A stretch of DNA of 64,000 nt from an uncultured Caldisericales bacterium (GCA_964630915.1 CAZVYK010000001.1:915050-979049), one strand, 5' to 3'; positions 28,235 to 38,046 are shown, counted from the first letter of the stretch. Numbers and translations: made by a program. The notes: generated by a model from the letters alone, not told the origin.

Positions 28235-29296
28235 ATGCGAGTTGAGATTTTGAACTCATTTTCTAAGCTGAAGATAAACGAAGCTTACACTCCTTATATT
28301 GGCCAGATGGAGACGGAAGCTGCGATAAAATTCATAAAGGACAGGTTCCAGAGCAACCTTGCAAGGGCATTGAACCTGAGGAGAGTATCAGCTCCTCTTG
28401 TTGTCTTCTCGAAAACCGGGTTGAATGACAACCTCAATGGCATTGAAAGGCCCATTGTTTTTAGAATAAGAGCTGGAATGGAGAGCACCGAGATAGTGCA
28501 GTCACTTGCAAAATGGAAGAGAGATGCCCTGAGGCGCTACGGCTTCAGCCACGGCGAGGGACTCTACACGGACATGAACGCTATAAGGCCTGACGAAATC
28601 ATTGATAACACGCATTCGATATACGTCGACCAGTGGGATTGGGAAAAGGTCATTTCGACGGGAGAAAGAAACCTCTCATACCTCAAAAGGACTGTGCGCA
28701 AAATTTACTCAGTTATCAGGGAAATGGAGAAAGCAATCTGCGAAAGACATCCCGAGCTTCCAGCACCTTACCTTCCTGACAAAATCACATTTGTCCACAG
28801 CGAAGACCTTGAAGCGATGTTTCCAGAACTACCTCCTCGAGAAAGGGAGAACGAAATCTGCAGAAAGCATAAGGCAGTCTTCATTATCGGAATAGGTTAC
28901 CCGCTTAGCAATGGAATTCCGCACGACGGAAGGGCTGCAGACTACGACGACTGGTCAACTGAAACAAAGAAGGGATATCATGGGCTCAACGGAGACATAC
29001 TTGTCCATTATCCTGTTCTTGACCAGGCGCTGGAGCTCTCCTCAATGGGAATAAGAGTTGACGAGAATTCTCTTCTCAGGCAGCTTGAAATGAAAGGCGA
29101 AATGCACAAGACCGAGTTCCCTTTCCACAAAAGCCTTCTGAGCGGAGAGCTTCCGCTAACGATTGGAGGGGGTATCGGGCAGTCGCGTCTCTGCATGTTC
29201 TTCCTGAGGAAAGCGCACATTGGCGAAGTGCAGGCAAGTGTCTGGCCAGATGATGTCATTGAAACCTGCAGGGAGAATAACATAATTTTGCTTTGA
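28235..29296 (+). CDS. asnA: Aspartate--ammonia ligase (asparagine synthetase A)
   Basis: Near-collinear with E. coli AsnA: SLAKWKR, SVYVDQWDWE, DYDDWST, GLNGDILV, SSMGIRVD, TIGGGIGQSRL. Confidence 0.9.
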   Translation: MRVEILNSFSKLKINEAYTPYIGQMETEAAIKFIKDRFQSNLARALNLRRVSAPLVVFSKTGLNDNLNGIERPIVFRIRAGMESTEIVQSLAKWKRDALRRYGFSHGEGLYTDMNAIRPDEIIDNTHSIYVDQWDWEKVISTGERNLSYLKRTVRKIYSVIREMEKAICERHPELPAPYLPDKITFVHSEDLEAMFPELPPRERENEICRKHKAVFIIGIGYPLSNGIPHDGRAADYDDWSTETKKGYHGLNGDILVHYPVLDQALELSSMGIRVDENSLLRQLEMKGEMHKTEFPFHKSLLSGELPLTIGGGIGQSRLCMFFLRKAHIGEVQASVWPDDVIETCRENNIILL

Positions 29297-29526
29297 GCAA
29301 TTAACACGAGGATTTTGAACGAAAAGGGTGTCTTGTTTTAACATTAGTCCAGTGTATGCCATAGGTTTAAGAATCTGCAAAGGCACTCTAAAGTAAGAAG
29401 CCCTGAAAATTCGTTGCTTCTATTACGCTTTCTACTTCCTTCTTCTTTGGAAAAGGCAAAGAAACTGCTCACACTTCTATAAGGAGATCATTTTTGATAA
29501 CATAATACGACGGGGAGGTTTGGAAA

Positions 29527-30660
29527 ATGAAATACAGGAAATTTGGTAAAACAGGAATCGAAGTCTCAGCGCTCGGATTTGGAATGATGAGGCTTCCTGT
29601 TATCGATAACGATTCGTCAAGAATTGATTACCAGCTTGCAAAGGAAATGCTCTACTATGCAATCGATAACGGCGTTAACTACGTTGATACTGCCTGGCCC
29701 TACCACAGGGAGCAGGGTGAAATATTTGTTGGAGAAGCGCTTAAAGGTGGATACAGGCAGAAAGTTCACCTTGCAACAAAAATGCCAACGTGGATTGTAA
29801 ACGAACACGTTGATTTTGAGAAGATATTCACTGAGCAGTTAAGGAAACTTCAGACTGATTATGTTGACCTTTACCTGCTTCACAGCATTGAAAGAAGCGC
29901 CTGGGAAAAAATGGTGAAGCTGGACTACTTCTCGTGGGCAGAGAAGAAGGTTCAGGAAGGAAAAATCAGGTTTGTCGGGTTCTCTTTCCACGACCATGTG
30001 TCTGTTTTCAAGGAGATAGTTGATTATTATCCGAAGTGGGACTTTGCCCAGATTCAGCTCAACTATATCGATGTTGATCACCAGGCAGGAGTCGAAGGCT
30101 TGGAGTATGCCAGCGGAAAAGGCCTTGCTGTTGTGATGATGGAGCCCTTGAGGGGAGGAGAGCTTGCAAACCTACCAGAGCAGGTGATGAAGGTCTTCGA
30201 AAAGAGCGGCATAAAGAGGACTCCTGTGGATTGGGCTTTGAGATGGCTGTGGAATCATGAGGAAGTTTCAATTGTCCTCAGCGGGATGAGCACACTCCAG
30301 CAGGTTAAGGAGAATGTTGAGATAGCGGCGAATTCGCAGACAAAAGTGCTTTCGGACGACGAGAAAAAGCTTTACGAAGAGGCGCGCAGAGTTCTCATTT
30401 CTGCTCGGCCTATCGCCTGCACAGGATGCAGCTACTGCATGCCTTGTACTGTTAATATTGCAATTCCTGATATCTTTGACATTTACAACAGGTCAGCACT
30501 TTCAGGAAATATGGAGAGAGCGAAAAAGGCATATGGCAGCTTCTTTGAAGTCAAGGCAGACGCTTGCATTGAGTGTGGCACGTGTGAGTCCAATTGCCCT
30601 CAGAGCCTTCCTATAAGAGAGCTTTTGAAGAAAATCCATTCGGAATTGAGCGGTGAATAG
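29527..30660 (+). CDS. Aldo/keto reductase with C-terminal 4Fe-4S ferredoxin domain
   Basis: AKR N-terminus (GFGMMRLP, DTAWPYH), C-terminal CTGCSYCMPC ... CIECGTCESNCP clusters. Confidence 0.85.
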   Translation: MKYRKFGKTGIEVSALGFGMMRLPVIDNDSSRIDYQLAKEMLYYAIDNGVNYVDTAWPYHREQGEIFVGEALKGGYRQKVHLATKMPTWIVNEHVDFEKIFTEQLRKLQTDYVDLYLLHSIERSAWEKMVKLDYFSWAEKKVQEGKIRFVGFSFHDHVSVFKEIVDYYPKWDFAQIQLNYIDVDHQAGVEGLEYASGKGLAVVMMEPLRGGELANLPEQVMKVFEKSGIKRTPVDWALRWLWNHEEVSIVLSGMSTLQQVKENVEIAANSQTKVLSDDEKKLYEEARRVLISARPIACTGCSYCMPCTVNIAIPDIFDIYNRSALSGNMERAKKAYGSFFEVKADACIECGTCESNCPQSLPIRELLKKIHSELSGE

Positions 30661-31108
30661 GGAAGAAATCCTTTCTCTCATACTCGAAGCGCTCGAAAGC
30701 GAAAGCATCTCTGCTATTGCTTTTGACCGGCAGGGAAAGGAAGTAGTCTCAGTTTCAGGCAGAGGATTGAAGCCGCTCTTCAATGTCATTAAGGAAGGTT
30801 TAAAGAAACCTTACCGGTATCTTAACCTTTATTGGGGAGATAAGGTTCTTGGCAAGGCTGCTGTCATGCTCCTTCTTTTCCTGAAACCTGCTTTTGTCTA
30901 CGGGAAGACCTTGAGTGAGACAGGGGAGGAAGTCTTAAAGGACGAGAAAATCCCTTACTCGTATGGCAAACTTGTGGCTTTTATTCAGAACAGAGACGCA
31001 ACAGGCATGTGCCCTTTTGAAGATGCTGTCAAAGAGGCTGGAACAAAAGAAGAAGCACTTACAAAAATTGAAGAGTTGATAAGGAAGTTTTCTGAAGGTA
31101 AAAGTTAA
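30653..31108 (+). CDS. Hypothetical protein (possibly DUF1893-like)
   Basis: 151-aa ORF overlapping the AKR stop. No diagnostic motif recognised. Confidence 0.35.
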   Translation: MNREEILSLILEALESESISAIAFDRQGKEVVSVSGRGLKPLFNVIKEGLKKPYRYLNLYWGDKVLGKAAVMLLLFLKPAFVYGKTLSETGEEVLKDEKIPYSYGKLVAFIQNRDATGMCPFEDAVKEAGTKEEALTKIEELIRKFSEGKS

Positions 31109-31544
31109 AGGGTCTTTCGTGGTTTCTTGAAGTCAAACCTTATTATCTTAGAAGGGCAGCTGTTCACGCAAATCCCGTAAAGGATGCACTCCATATTTTC
31201 AAGATTACCCTCAATGGCCATTTTTTGCACGTCAAGGCTCATTAAGCAGCTTGTTGAGCATATCCTGCAGCCTGTGCACCTTTTACTGTCTGCAGAGAGG
31301 GAAAGAAACCTCTTCTCCCCTCCTGCGCTGCGCCTGCAGGACAAACCCAGCCGCAGAATGCCCTTCCGAGAAAAATCGAAGCCACAAACATTAAGCCAAA
31401 AACGACAAAGCTTACTGCGGCAACTCCTTCTGATGCAGTCATAATAATGAGGTAGGGTGAGAAGTGGTAGAAGATGAAAGGAAAAAGAAACAGCATGACT
31501 GTGATAATTGTTCTTCTAAGATTCCACCTTGAATTTCTCTTCAC
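31105..31544 (-). pseudogene. Membrane-bound 4Fe-4S-binding protein (NapH/Fer4_5-like) split by a frameshift
   Basis: Upstream frame has TM helices + FCGWVCP (CxxxCP). Downstream overlapping frame has CTGCRICSTSC ... CILYGICVNSCP. The two frames overlap at a C4/G4 run near 31316-31340. Confidence 0.5.
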
Positions 31545-31604
31545 CTGCCCTTCTTTTCACGATTAGTGTTTCTCAGAGAAAGACTCTAATCGTATCATAG
31601 GAGT

Positions 31605-32435
31605 GTGGAAGCAGGAATAAAAGTCATAGAAGTAAAAAGCAAGTCGTCCCTTGTAAAGTCAAGGCTTTGCGACTTTACGGTGAATCCGTATCTCGGATGC
31701 GGGCACGGCTGCCGGTACTGCTACGCCTCGATGATCATGCAGAGGTGGCACCACCAGGGGGAAGAATGGGGGAGTTTTGTCGAAGTGAGGGTGAACACTC
31801 CCGAGAATGTCGAAAGAGAGATAAGAGGCAAGGAAGGTATAAGCATTTATATCTCTTCAATGACGGACGCCTACCAGCCGGTTGAAGAGAAGTACATGCT
31901 TACCAGGCGAACTCTCGAGGTTCTCCTGAACCATGAAAAGAGCCTTTTCGGAAAGCAGCTGTCAATGACAATACAAACAAAATCCGATCTTATTCTAAGA
32001 GACCTTGATATTTTGAGACAGTTCAAGGACATTGAAGTCGGGATCACTGTAACAACCCTTGAGGATGAAGTTTCTGCCACTTTTGAGCCGCTTGCGCCAC
32101 CTCCTATGAGAAGAATAGAAGCCCTCAAGCAGCTTAACGAAAACAGAGTTAAGACTTACGCTTTTTTTGGCCCTGTGATTCCAGGAGTGGCTGATTCCCT
32201 TGAAAAGATTGTCGAAATACTCAGGGCAGTCGAAAAAACCGGCACACGTAAGGTCTACTTGGATGTTCTAAACTACTTCCCGTATCTTCCAAGGCTAAAA
32301 AGCATCGCCAGGAAGATGGAAGCTTACGAGATGTTCTCGAAAACGGCAAGTCCTGATTACGTTGCCTCACTAAAGGAGAAAATCGAGCTTGCAGCAGGAA
32401 TTTTTAACAAGCTTGAATTCAAAATAGTCTTTTGA
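31605..32435 (+). CDS. Radical SAM protein, SPL / DNA-repair-photolyase-like family (COG1533)
   Basis: CGHGCRYC (Cx3Cx2C) 35 aa from the N-terminus, ~276 aa. Confidence 0.65.
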   Translation: MEAGIKVIEVKSKSSLVKSRLCDFTVNPYLGCGHGCRYCYASMIMQRWHHQGEEWGSFVEVRVNTPENVEREIRGKEGISIYISSMTDAYQPVEEKYMLTRRTLEVLLNHEKSLFGKQLSMTIQTKSDLILRDLDILRQFKDIEVGITVTTLEDEVSATFEPLAPPPMRRIEALKQLNENRVKTYAFFGPVIPGVADSLEKIVEILRAVEKTGTRKVYLDVLNYFPYLPRLKSIARKMEAYEMFSKTASPDYVASLKEKIELAAGIFNKLEFKIVF

Positions 32436-32551
32436 ATATAATATGTCGTGAGAACAAAGCTTGTTTCTAATGTTCTTTTGGGCAAGATATCTACATTCTT
32501 TTTTGCAGATTCTTTGCCTTCAATCAGACTTTTCTTTCTCGAGGAGGAGAC

Positions 32552-33910
32552 ATGTTGAAAAAACTTCTGAAGATTTCCATCGCTTTCGTGCTCTTTATCT
32601 CTACCGTTGGCGTCCCGTTTCAAGTTTCAACGCGTGGCGCAGGGACGAATGTAGAGGTCATTCTTTCGGTAGGAAAGAGCACTTTTCTTTTAAATGGCAA
32701 GACATATGCGCTTGATTCTCCGCCAATCATAAGAAACGGAAGAACACTTGTTCCAATAAGGGTAATTGTTGAAGCACTTGGTGGTGAAGTTGCCTGGGAG
32801 TCTGCCACAAAAAAGGTTACTATTGAGCTCGGGACTAATGTTATAGAGCTCTGGATAGGCAGGAGTACAGCACTTGTAGGCGGAACACAAAGTCAGATTG
32901 ACCCTGAGAATGTAAATGTTGTGCCCGAAATTGTAAATGGTAGAACGCTCGTCCCGCTTAGGTTCGTGGCAGAGAACATAGGATGTGGCGTTGAGTGGAA
33001 TGGAGCAACAAGAACCATAAAGCTTACTTTCGAAAACACTGTGAAGAAGGATGCCGTGAATGAGCTGGATGCCCTGAAGGATGCTTCAATCACGATTGAC
33101 GTGGGGAAGCTTGTTTTAAACAGTAGAGGAGACGGGAAGCCGGAGTTTTCAGCCTTACTGAAGTCTTTGAAGTGTTTTTCAAATGCTGAAGGGGAATTTA
33201 CCTTTACTCTCTCCGAGGCGCAGATGAGTGTGCTTCCTTTTGAATTCTGTCTGATGTTCACGGTCGTCCCGCCCAAGAACTTTCCATACAAGTACAGCTC
33301 TAATGTTATCTTCATTTCCCTTAAAAAGACTGAAGACACTCAGTTTTCTTTCAAAATATGCACGGTAAAGGATGGAGAGGATGTTTTAAAGGCTAGATTC
33401 ATAGTAAGGCCTGAGTCACACATAGTCCCCTTAAGAGTTAGGGCGTCGACATCGAAGAAGGCGCTTGATGCCTTTATCAATGCGACGACGAAGGCAAAAA
33501 CCTCCGGTGAGCTTATAGCTGGAGCTGATGTTACTGTTGAGAGAGGTAACTTGTCAATCATAACCGAGATGAGGAAAACGCACATCACTGGAAAGACGGA
33601 GCTGTGTGAAGCAACTTTCGAAGCCTTCTTGTTTGATGTTGAGGAGAGAAAAACCTTCACAACTGATACAGGCGGTAAATTTATCTTTATTTCCTCTGCG
33701 AACAACAGTGTTGAGGAAGTCTACTTTCTCATGTCGGTATTTCCGCAGAAAGGTTTCACAGGAATTTTTGATACAAATACTCTTCTTGTGAGTATAGAGC
33801 CTGAACAGAGCGGTGAGTATGAATTTACTCTGATGTGGCTGAGGAGCTTTGCAAAGACAAACAAGGGGACTTTTGCAGTCTGTCGCAAATGCCAGGTACT
33901 GGAATTATAA
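32552..33910 (+). CDS. Secreted protein with two N-terminal copper-amine-oxidase-N (CAO-N stalk) repeats and an unknown ~300-aa C-terminal domain
   Basis: Signal peptide. Repeats NGRTLVPIRVIVEALGGEVAWE / NGRTLVPLRFVAENIGCGVEWN. Confidence 0.65.
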   Translation: MLKKLLKISIAFVLFISTVGVPFQVSTRGAGTNVEVILSVGKSTFLLNGKTYALDSPPIIRNGRTLVPIRVIVEALGGEVAWESATKKVTIELGTNVIELWIGRSTALVGGTQSQIDPENVNVVPEIVNGRTLVPLRFVAENIGCGVEWNGATRTIKLTFENTVKKDAVNELDALKDASITIDVGKLVLNSRGDGKPEFSALLKSLKCFSNAEGEFTFTLSEAQMSVLPFEFCLMFTVVPPKNFPYKYSSNVIFISLKKTEDTQFSFKICTVKDGEDVLKARFIVRPESHIVPLRVRASTSKKALDAFINATTKAKTSGELIAGADVTVERGNLSIITEMRKTHITGKTELCEATFEAFLFDVEERKTFTTDTGGKFIFISSANNSVEEVYFLMSVFPQKGFTGIFDTNTLLVSIEPEQSGEYEFTLMWLRSFAKTNKGTFAVCRKCQVLEL

Positions 33911-33980
33911 ACAAAGAAAATAGCGCTGACTATTTAAGGTTTTGCTTTACCTTGTATAGAATCAGTAAGAAGGAGGAAAA

Positions 33981-34841
33981 ATGGACAAGGTAATAGTTGC
34001 ATCGGATCTAACTTACAGGTACGGTTCTTTAACTGCAGTTGACCATATAAGTTTTGAGGTTGAAAAGGGAGAAATAATAGGGTTTCTGGGACCAAATGGC
34101 GCTGGGAAGACTACCACTTTCAAGATGCTCATAGGCCTCCTCAAACCAATGGAGGGGAAGGCGTCTGTTTTGGGAATGGACGTGGCAACCGAGATAAAGA
34201 AGATACAGGCAAAGATAGGTGTATGCTTTGAGTACACGAACCTTTACGAGGAGATGTCAGCGCTTGATAATCTCAAGCTCTTTGCCGATCTTTTTGCAGT
34301 GAAGGAGTTTGACCCTTATGCCCTTCTTAAGAAGGTAGGACTTCCCGGAAAAGAGAAGGATAAGGTAGCATCTTTCTCAAAGGGAATGAAGCAGAGAGTT
34401 ATGGTTGCAAGGGCTCTCGTCAACAGCCCGGACGTCCTGTTTCTTGACGAGCCTACTGCAGGGCTTGATCCAGTGTCTTCCGAGGAGATAAGAACTGTTA
34501 TTCTCGATGAAAGGAAACGAGGGGCAACTGTTTTTCTGACAACACATGACATGTATGAAGCTGACAAGCTTTCTGACAGGGTTGCGTTTATTAACCAGGG
34601 AAAGATATTGGCTTTTGATACTCCGCACAACCTGAAGCAGCAGTTTGGAAAAAGGAAGGTGAAGGCGCTAGTTGAAAGAAACGGGAAGCTTGAGGAAAGG
34701 GAAGTTGAACTTGATAATCACGACACTCCTAACAGAGTCTTCGAGCTCTTCAAGAGTGAGAGGGTCGTCACAATTCATAGTGAAGAGGCAACTCTGGAAG
34801 ATATCTTCATAAAGATAACGGGAAGAGGGTTATTGGAATGA
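33981..34841 (+). CDS. ABC transporter ATP-binding protein (ABC-2/DrrA-like)
   Basis: GPNGAGKTT, FSKGMKQRV, LFLDEPTAGLD. Confidence 0.85.
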   Translation: MDKVIVASDLTYRYGSLTAVDHISFEVEKGEIIGFLGPNGAGKTTTFKMLIGLLKPMEGKASVLGMDVATEIKKIQAKIGVCFEYTNLYEEMSALDNLKLFADLFAVKEFDPYALLKKVGLPGKEKDKVASFSKGMKQRVMVARALVNSPDVLFLDEPTAGLDPVSSEEIRTVILDERKRGATVFLTTHDMYEADKLSDRVAFINQGKILAFDTPHNLKQQFGKRKVKALVERNGKLEEREVELDNHDTPNRVFELFKSERVVTIHSEEATLEDIFIKITGRGLLE

Positions 34842-35902
34842 AGTGGAACACGATTAAAACTCTCCTGAAGAAGGATCTTTCTCTGTTTTTCAAGAACAGG
34901 TTCTTTTCAGCAATAACGGTGCTTGGGCTTGTTGTCTACATTGCCCTCTACTTTGTTGTGCCTAAGTCAGTTGATGACACGATGAAGCTTGCAATATACA
35001 CTAACATTGATTTCTCAAGAGCAACCCAATACATGAGTAGAGAAAATGCTGTAATCATAAGGGCGAAATCAATCGACGAGCTTAAGAATCTCGTGCTGAA
35101 CAATGAGGTTATTGCCGGCTATGTTTTCCCGGACGACCTGGTCAGCAAGATGCTCAGCGCATACAAGCCCCCGACATTCAGCTTCCAGATTTACACTTCA
35201 GCGGAAATCGAGCCTGAGATGAGAGAGGCGCTCGAGTATATAGGAAAGGAAATGATATTTACGCAGTTCGGTTTTGGTCTGAATGTCGAAAGCAAGAATG
35301 AGGTGCTGGGTCCCGATCTTGCGACAAGACAGATCCCTCCCTCAAAGCGTATTATCCCCGTATTTGCGCTTTTTCTTATCATCACAGAGACGCTGGGTAT
35401 TGCAAATCTTATTGCAGACGAGTTCCAAAGGAAGACGATTCATGCTGTTCTCGCAACGCCATCGACTATCAGTGAAATTTTCGTTGCAAAGGGGCTCATG
35501 GGTCTTACCACAACACTTATACCTGCCATCATGTTTATTACGGTTACGGTGGGCTTCAGCGACTTTCCACTGCTCTTTGTCCTGCTCCTTTGTGGCAGCA
35601 TTCTCACAATAAGCATCGGTTTCATCGTCGGGAGCATAGGAAGAGATTTCCTTTCGGTAATCGCATGGGGAGCCCTTTTCTTCATTATTCTTATTATCCC
35701 TGCGTTCAATGTGATTGCACCGGGAACTCTTACAAGCTGGGTTAAGGCAATTCCATCTTTCTACCTGATAGACACTGTGCACAGGGTGATAAACTTCGGT
35801 GCTGGTTTCAAGGAATCGTGGAAGGCGATAGGTATACTTCTATCGTCTTCTGCCGTGTTTTTCGCAATAGGCTCGCTTGCTTTAAGGAGGCGCACAGGAT
35901 GA
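34838..35902 (+). CDS. ABC-2 family permease
   Basis: N-terminal TM, large periplasmic loop, then 5 C-terminal TM helices. Overlaps the ATPase stop. Confidence 0.7.
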   Translation: MKWNTIKTLLKKDLSLFFKNRFFSAITVLGLVVYIALYFVVPKSVDDTMKLAIYTNIDFSRATQYMSRENAVIIRAKSIDELKNLVLNNEVIAGYVFPDDLVSKMLSAYKPPTFSFQIYTSAEIEPEMREALEYIGKEMIFTQFGFGLNVESKNEVLGPDLATRQIPPSKRIIPVFALFLIITETLGIANLIADEFQRKTIHAVLATPSTISEIFVAKGLMGLTTTLIPAIMFITVTVGFSDFPLLFVLLLCGSILTISIGFIVGSIGRDFLSVIAWGALFFIILIIPAFNVIAPGTLTSWVKAIPSFYLIDTVHRVINFGAGFKESWKAIGILLSSSAVFFAIGSLALRRRTG

Positions 35903-36978
35903 ATGTAAAAAGGATCTTTGTGCTGACAAAGAAGGAGTTTGCACTTGGCTCCAGAAGTTTCATGTTTATATGGGCAATCGTTGCTCCGATTGTTCTGACG
36001 TTTGTCTTTTCGATGGTAACAGGTGCTTTCATAGCAAGAACTCCCAAGCTCGGAGTCTATTCAGCCGGACAGACAGAGCTTCTTGCAAAGGCTTTGGAAT
36101 TGAAGGCAATTGAAACAAAGGAGTACGCTTCAGTTGAGGGACTTAGAAATGCTGTGCTTGACGGTGTGGTTGATGTTGGAATTGTCATCCCAGAGGGTTT
36201 TGACGAGGCGCTGAAGTCAGGAACAAAAACAAGTATCCAGTCATACGTATTTGGAGAAAGCTATGCTTCATCAAGGGCAATCATAGTGACAACTCTCGGG
36301 AACATAATAAGAGAAATGTCCGGAAGCGAATTACCCTTCGAGGTAGAATCGATAACTCTGGGAAAGGAAGGAGCTATGCCTGTTAAGGAAAGGCTGTTCC
36401 CTTTGGTAGTTCTCATATCGATTTTTTTTGGCGGGCTTTTCATACCATCTACGTCGCTCATTCAGGAGAAGAGAGACAGGACAATAGATGCGATGAGTGT
36501 TTCAACTTCTTGCATGAATGAAATTGTCGCCGCGAAGCTCTTAACAGGAAGTGTTGTTGCTTTGTTCACGGGAATTGTCACCCTAATCCTGAACAGGGCT
36601 TACGGTGGTTACCCGCTACTCCTACTTATCGTTCTCTTGGTTGGAGTTGTAATGGCTTCTTTTATAGGGCTGCTACTGGGAATATACGTAAACGACTTTG
36701 CGACACTACTATCTTTCTGGAAAATGGGTGGGATTGTCCTTTTCTTCCCGTCAATAGTCTACCTGTTTCCTAAGATACCAGAGATTGTGGCAAAGTTCTT
36801 CCCCACTTACTATGTCCTTCAGCCGATAATAAACCTTACCAGAGGAGGCCTTGACTACAGGACGTACTGGACAAACGTTGCCATATGCCTTGCAATTGAC
36901 ATTGTACTCGGCATAATAGCCTTTGCCCAGGTTCGGAAAGTTGAGCAAAGAGGTTTCAGCAGCGTAACTTCAGTCTGA
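35899..36978 (+). CDS. ABC-2 family permease (second)
   Basis: Same architecture as 34838-35902. ATG at 35899 (MNVKRIF) overlaps the previous stop. Confidence 0.7.
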   Translation: MNVKRIFVLTKKEFALGSRSFMFIWAIVAPIVLTFVFSMVTGAFIARTPKLGVYSAGQTELLAKALELKAIETKEYASVEGLRNAVLDGVVDVGIVIPEGFDEALKSGTKTSIQSYVFGESYASSRAIIVTTLGNIIREMSGSELPFEVESITLGKEGAMPVKERLFPLVVLISIFFGGLFIPSTSLIQEKRDRTIDAMSVSTSCMNEIVAAKLLTGSVVALFTGIVTLILNRAYGGYPLLLLIVLLVGVVMASFIGLLLGIYVNDFATLLSFWKMGGIVLFFPSIVYLFPKIPEIVAKFFPTYYVLQPIINLTRGGLDYRTYWTNVAICLAIDIVLGIIAFAQVRKVEQRGFSSVTSV

Positions 36979-36981
36979 TTC

Positions 36982-37287
36982 CTATTTTTCCTTTTTTGCT
37001 GGCTTTACGAGCCTGTTCGCCCACTTTATTAGAAGGAACACGATGAAGGCAACGATCAGGAAATCAATCAGTGCTGATGCAACCTTGCCATAGAAGACTC
37101 CTCTCCAAGACAGCTCGGAAATGCTTTTCAAGCCAAGAGCAGCAAGCGCTGGATTGAAGATTAAAGGCGTGAGGAAGTCGTTCACAAGGCTTGTAACAAG
37201 CTGGTTCAGCTTTCCACCAATAATCACTGCAACCGCCAGCCCAAAAACATTGTACTGCTTGAGAAACTCCATAAACTCCTTAATCAC
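36982..37287 (-). CDS. mscL: Large-conductance mechanosensitive channel
   Basis: MIKEFMEFLKQYNVFGLAVAVIIGG ... DFLIVAFIVFLLIK, ~100 aa. Confidence 0.85.
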   Translation of the reverse strand: MIKEFMEFLKQYNVFGLAVAVIIGGKLNQLVTSLVNDFLTPLIFNPALAALGLKSISELSWRGVFYGKVASALIDFLIVAFIVFLLIKWANRLVKPAKKEK

Positions 37288-37442
37288 ATTTCACCTCCGC
37301 TGTTTCTACCTAATTATATATTGAAGGCAATCTCAAGGCACTTTCTTTGGGGCGTAAGGTACCTGAAGAATGAGAAGGAAGGAAACGTCTCTGGAATTGG
37401 GACAGGTTTCTAAACTAGGCTTATTGCTTGGAGTGCAAGTGG

Positions 37443-37745
37443 TCAGACTCTCTTTATGAGGTTCACGAAGAAGAGAAATACGATTGCGCCTACAACTGCT
37501 GTCACAAGAGACCCTATGAATCCACCAGTTGTTTTGATGCCGAGCTGTGTAAAAAGCCAGCCACCTATATAAGAACCAATGACTCCTACGACAAGGTCGG
37601 CAATCAAGCCTAGCCCTCTTCCTTTGACAAGTTTGCTTGAAAGCCAGCCCGCAAGAAGGCCAATTATAAGGAACATTACTACACTACTTGTTTCCATGCG
37701 CCTCTCCTTTCGTTTGTGTCTACGATAGATTATATGCAAAATCAC
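37443..37745 (-). CDS. GlsB/YeaQ/YmgE-family (transglycosylase-associated) small membrane protein
   Basis: Three Gly-rich TM helices, GLIADLVVGVIGSYIGGWLF. Confidence 0.7.
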   Translation of the reverse strand: MILHIIYRRHKRKERRMETSSVVMFLIIGLLAGWLSSKLVKGRGLGLIADLVVGVIGSYIGGWLFTQLGIKTTGGFIGSLVTAVVGAIVFLFFVNLIKRV

Positions 37746-37802
37746 AGCCTTAAAAGAAATAAAAATTATAAACGGACCATAGCTTAGAGGAGGGCGGTCT
37801 GC

Positions 37803-38046
37803 ATGGATAATTTAAATGAACTTTGCAGGAATGTGTCGAAGCTGTCTAGCTTGGTTGACTACCAAGCTGGGGCAGTTATGAGTAGAACGGTTCTAAATCA
37901 GAAAACAGGTAGCATTACGCTCTTCTCACTTGACAGGGGACAGGCTCTCAGCGAGCATACCGCCCTTTTGTGCCTTTGTTTACATTGTCGAGGGAAGAGC
38001 TGAAATTGTAATCTCATGGAAAGAACAAACCTCATGCAGTGAATGA
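37803..38046 (+). pseudogene. Cupin-domain protein, apparently frame-disrupted
   Basis: Frame 1 gives LVDYQAGAVMSRTVLNQKTGSITLFSLDRGQALSEHTA then a stop. An overlapping frame continues PFCAFVYIVEGRAEIVISWKEQ (expected cupin continuation) to the stop at ~38046. Confidence 0.4.

Noticed and set aside
37803-38003. 66-aa ORF as an intact small protein
   Set aside because: It matches only the N-terminal half of a cupin, and the C-terminal half continues in another frame. It is treated as a disrupted gene.
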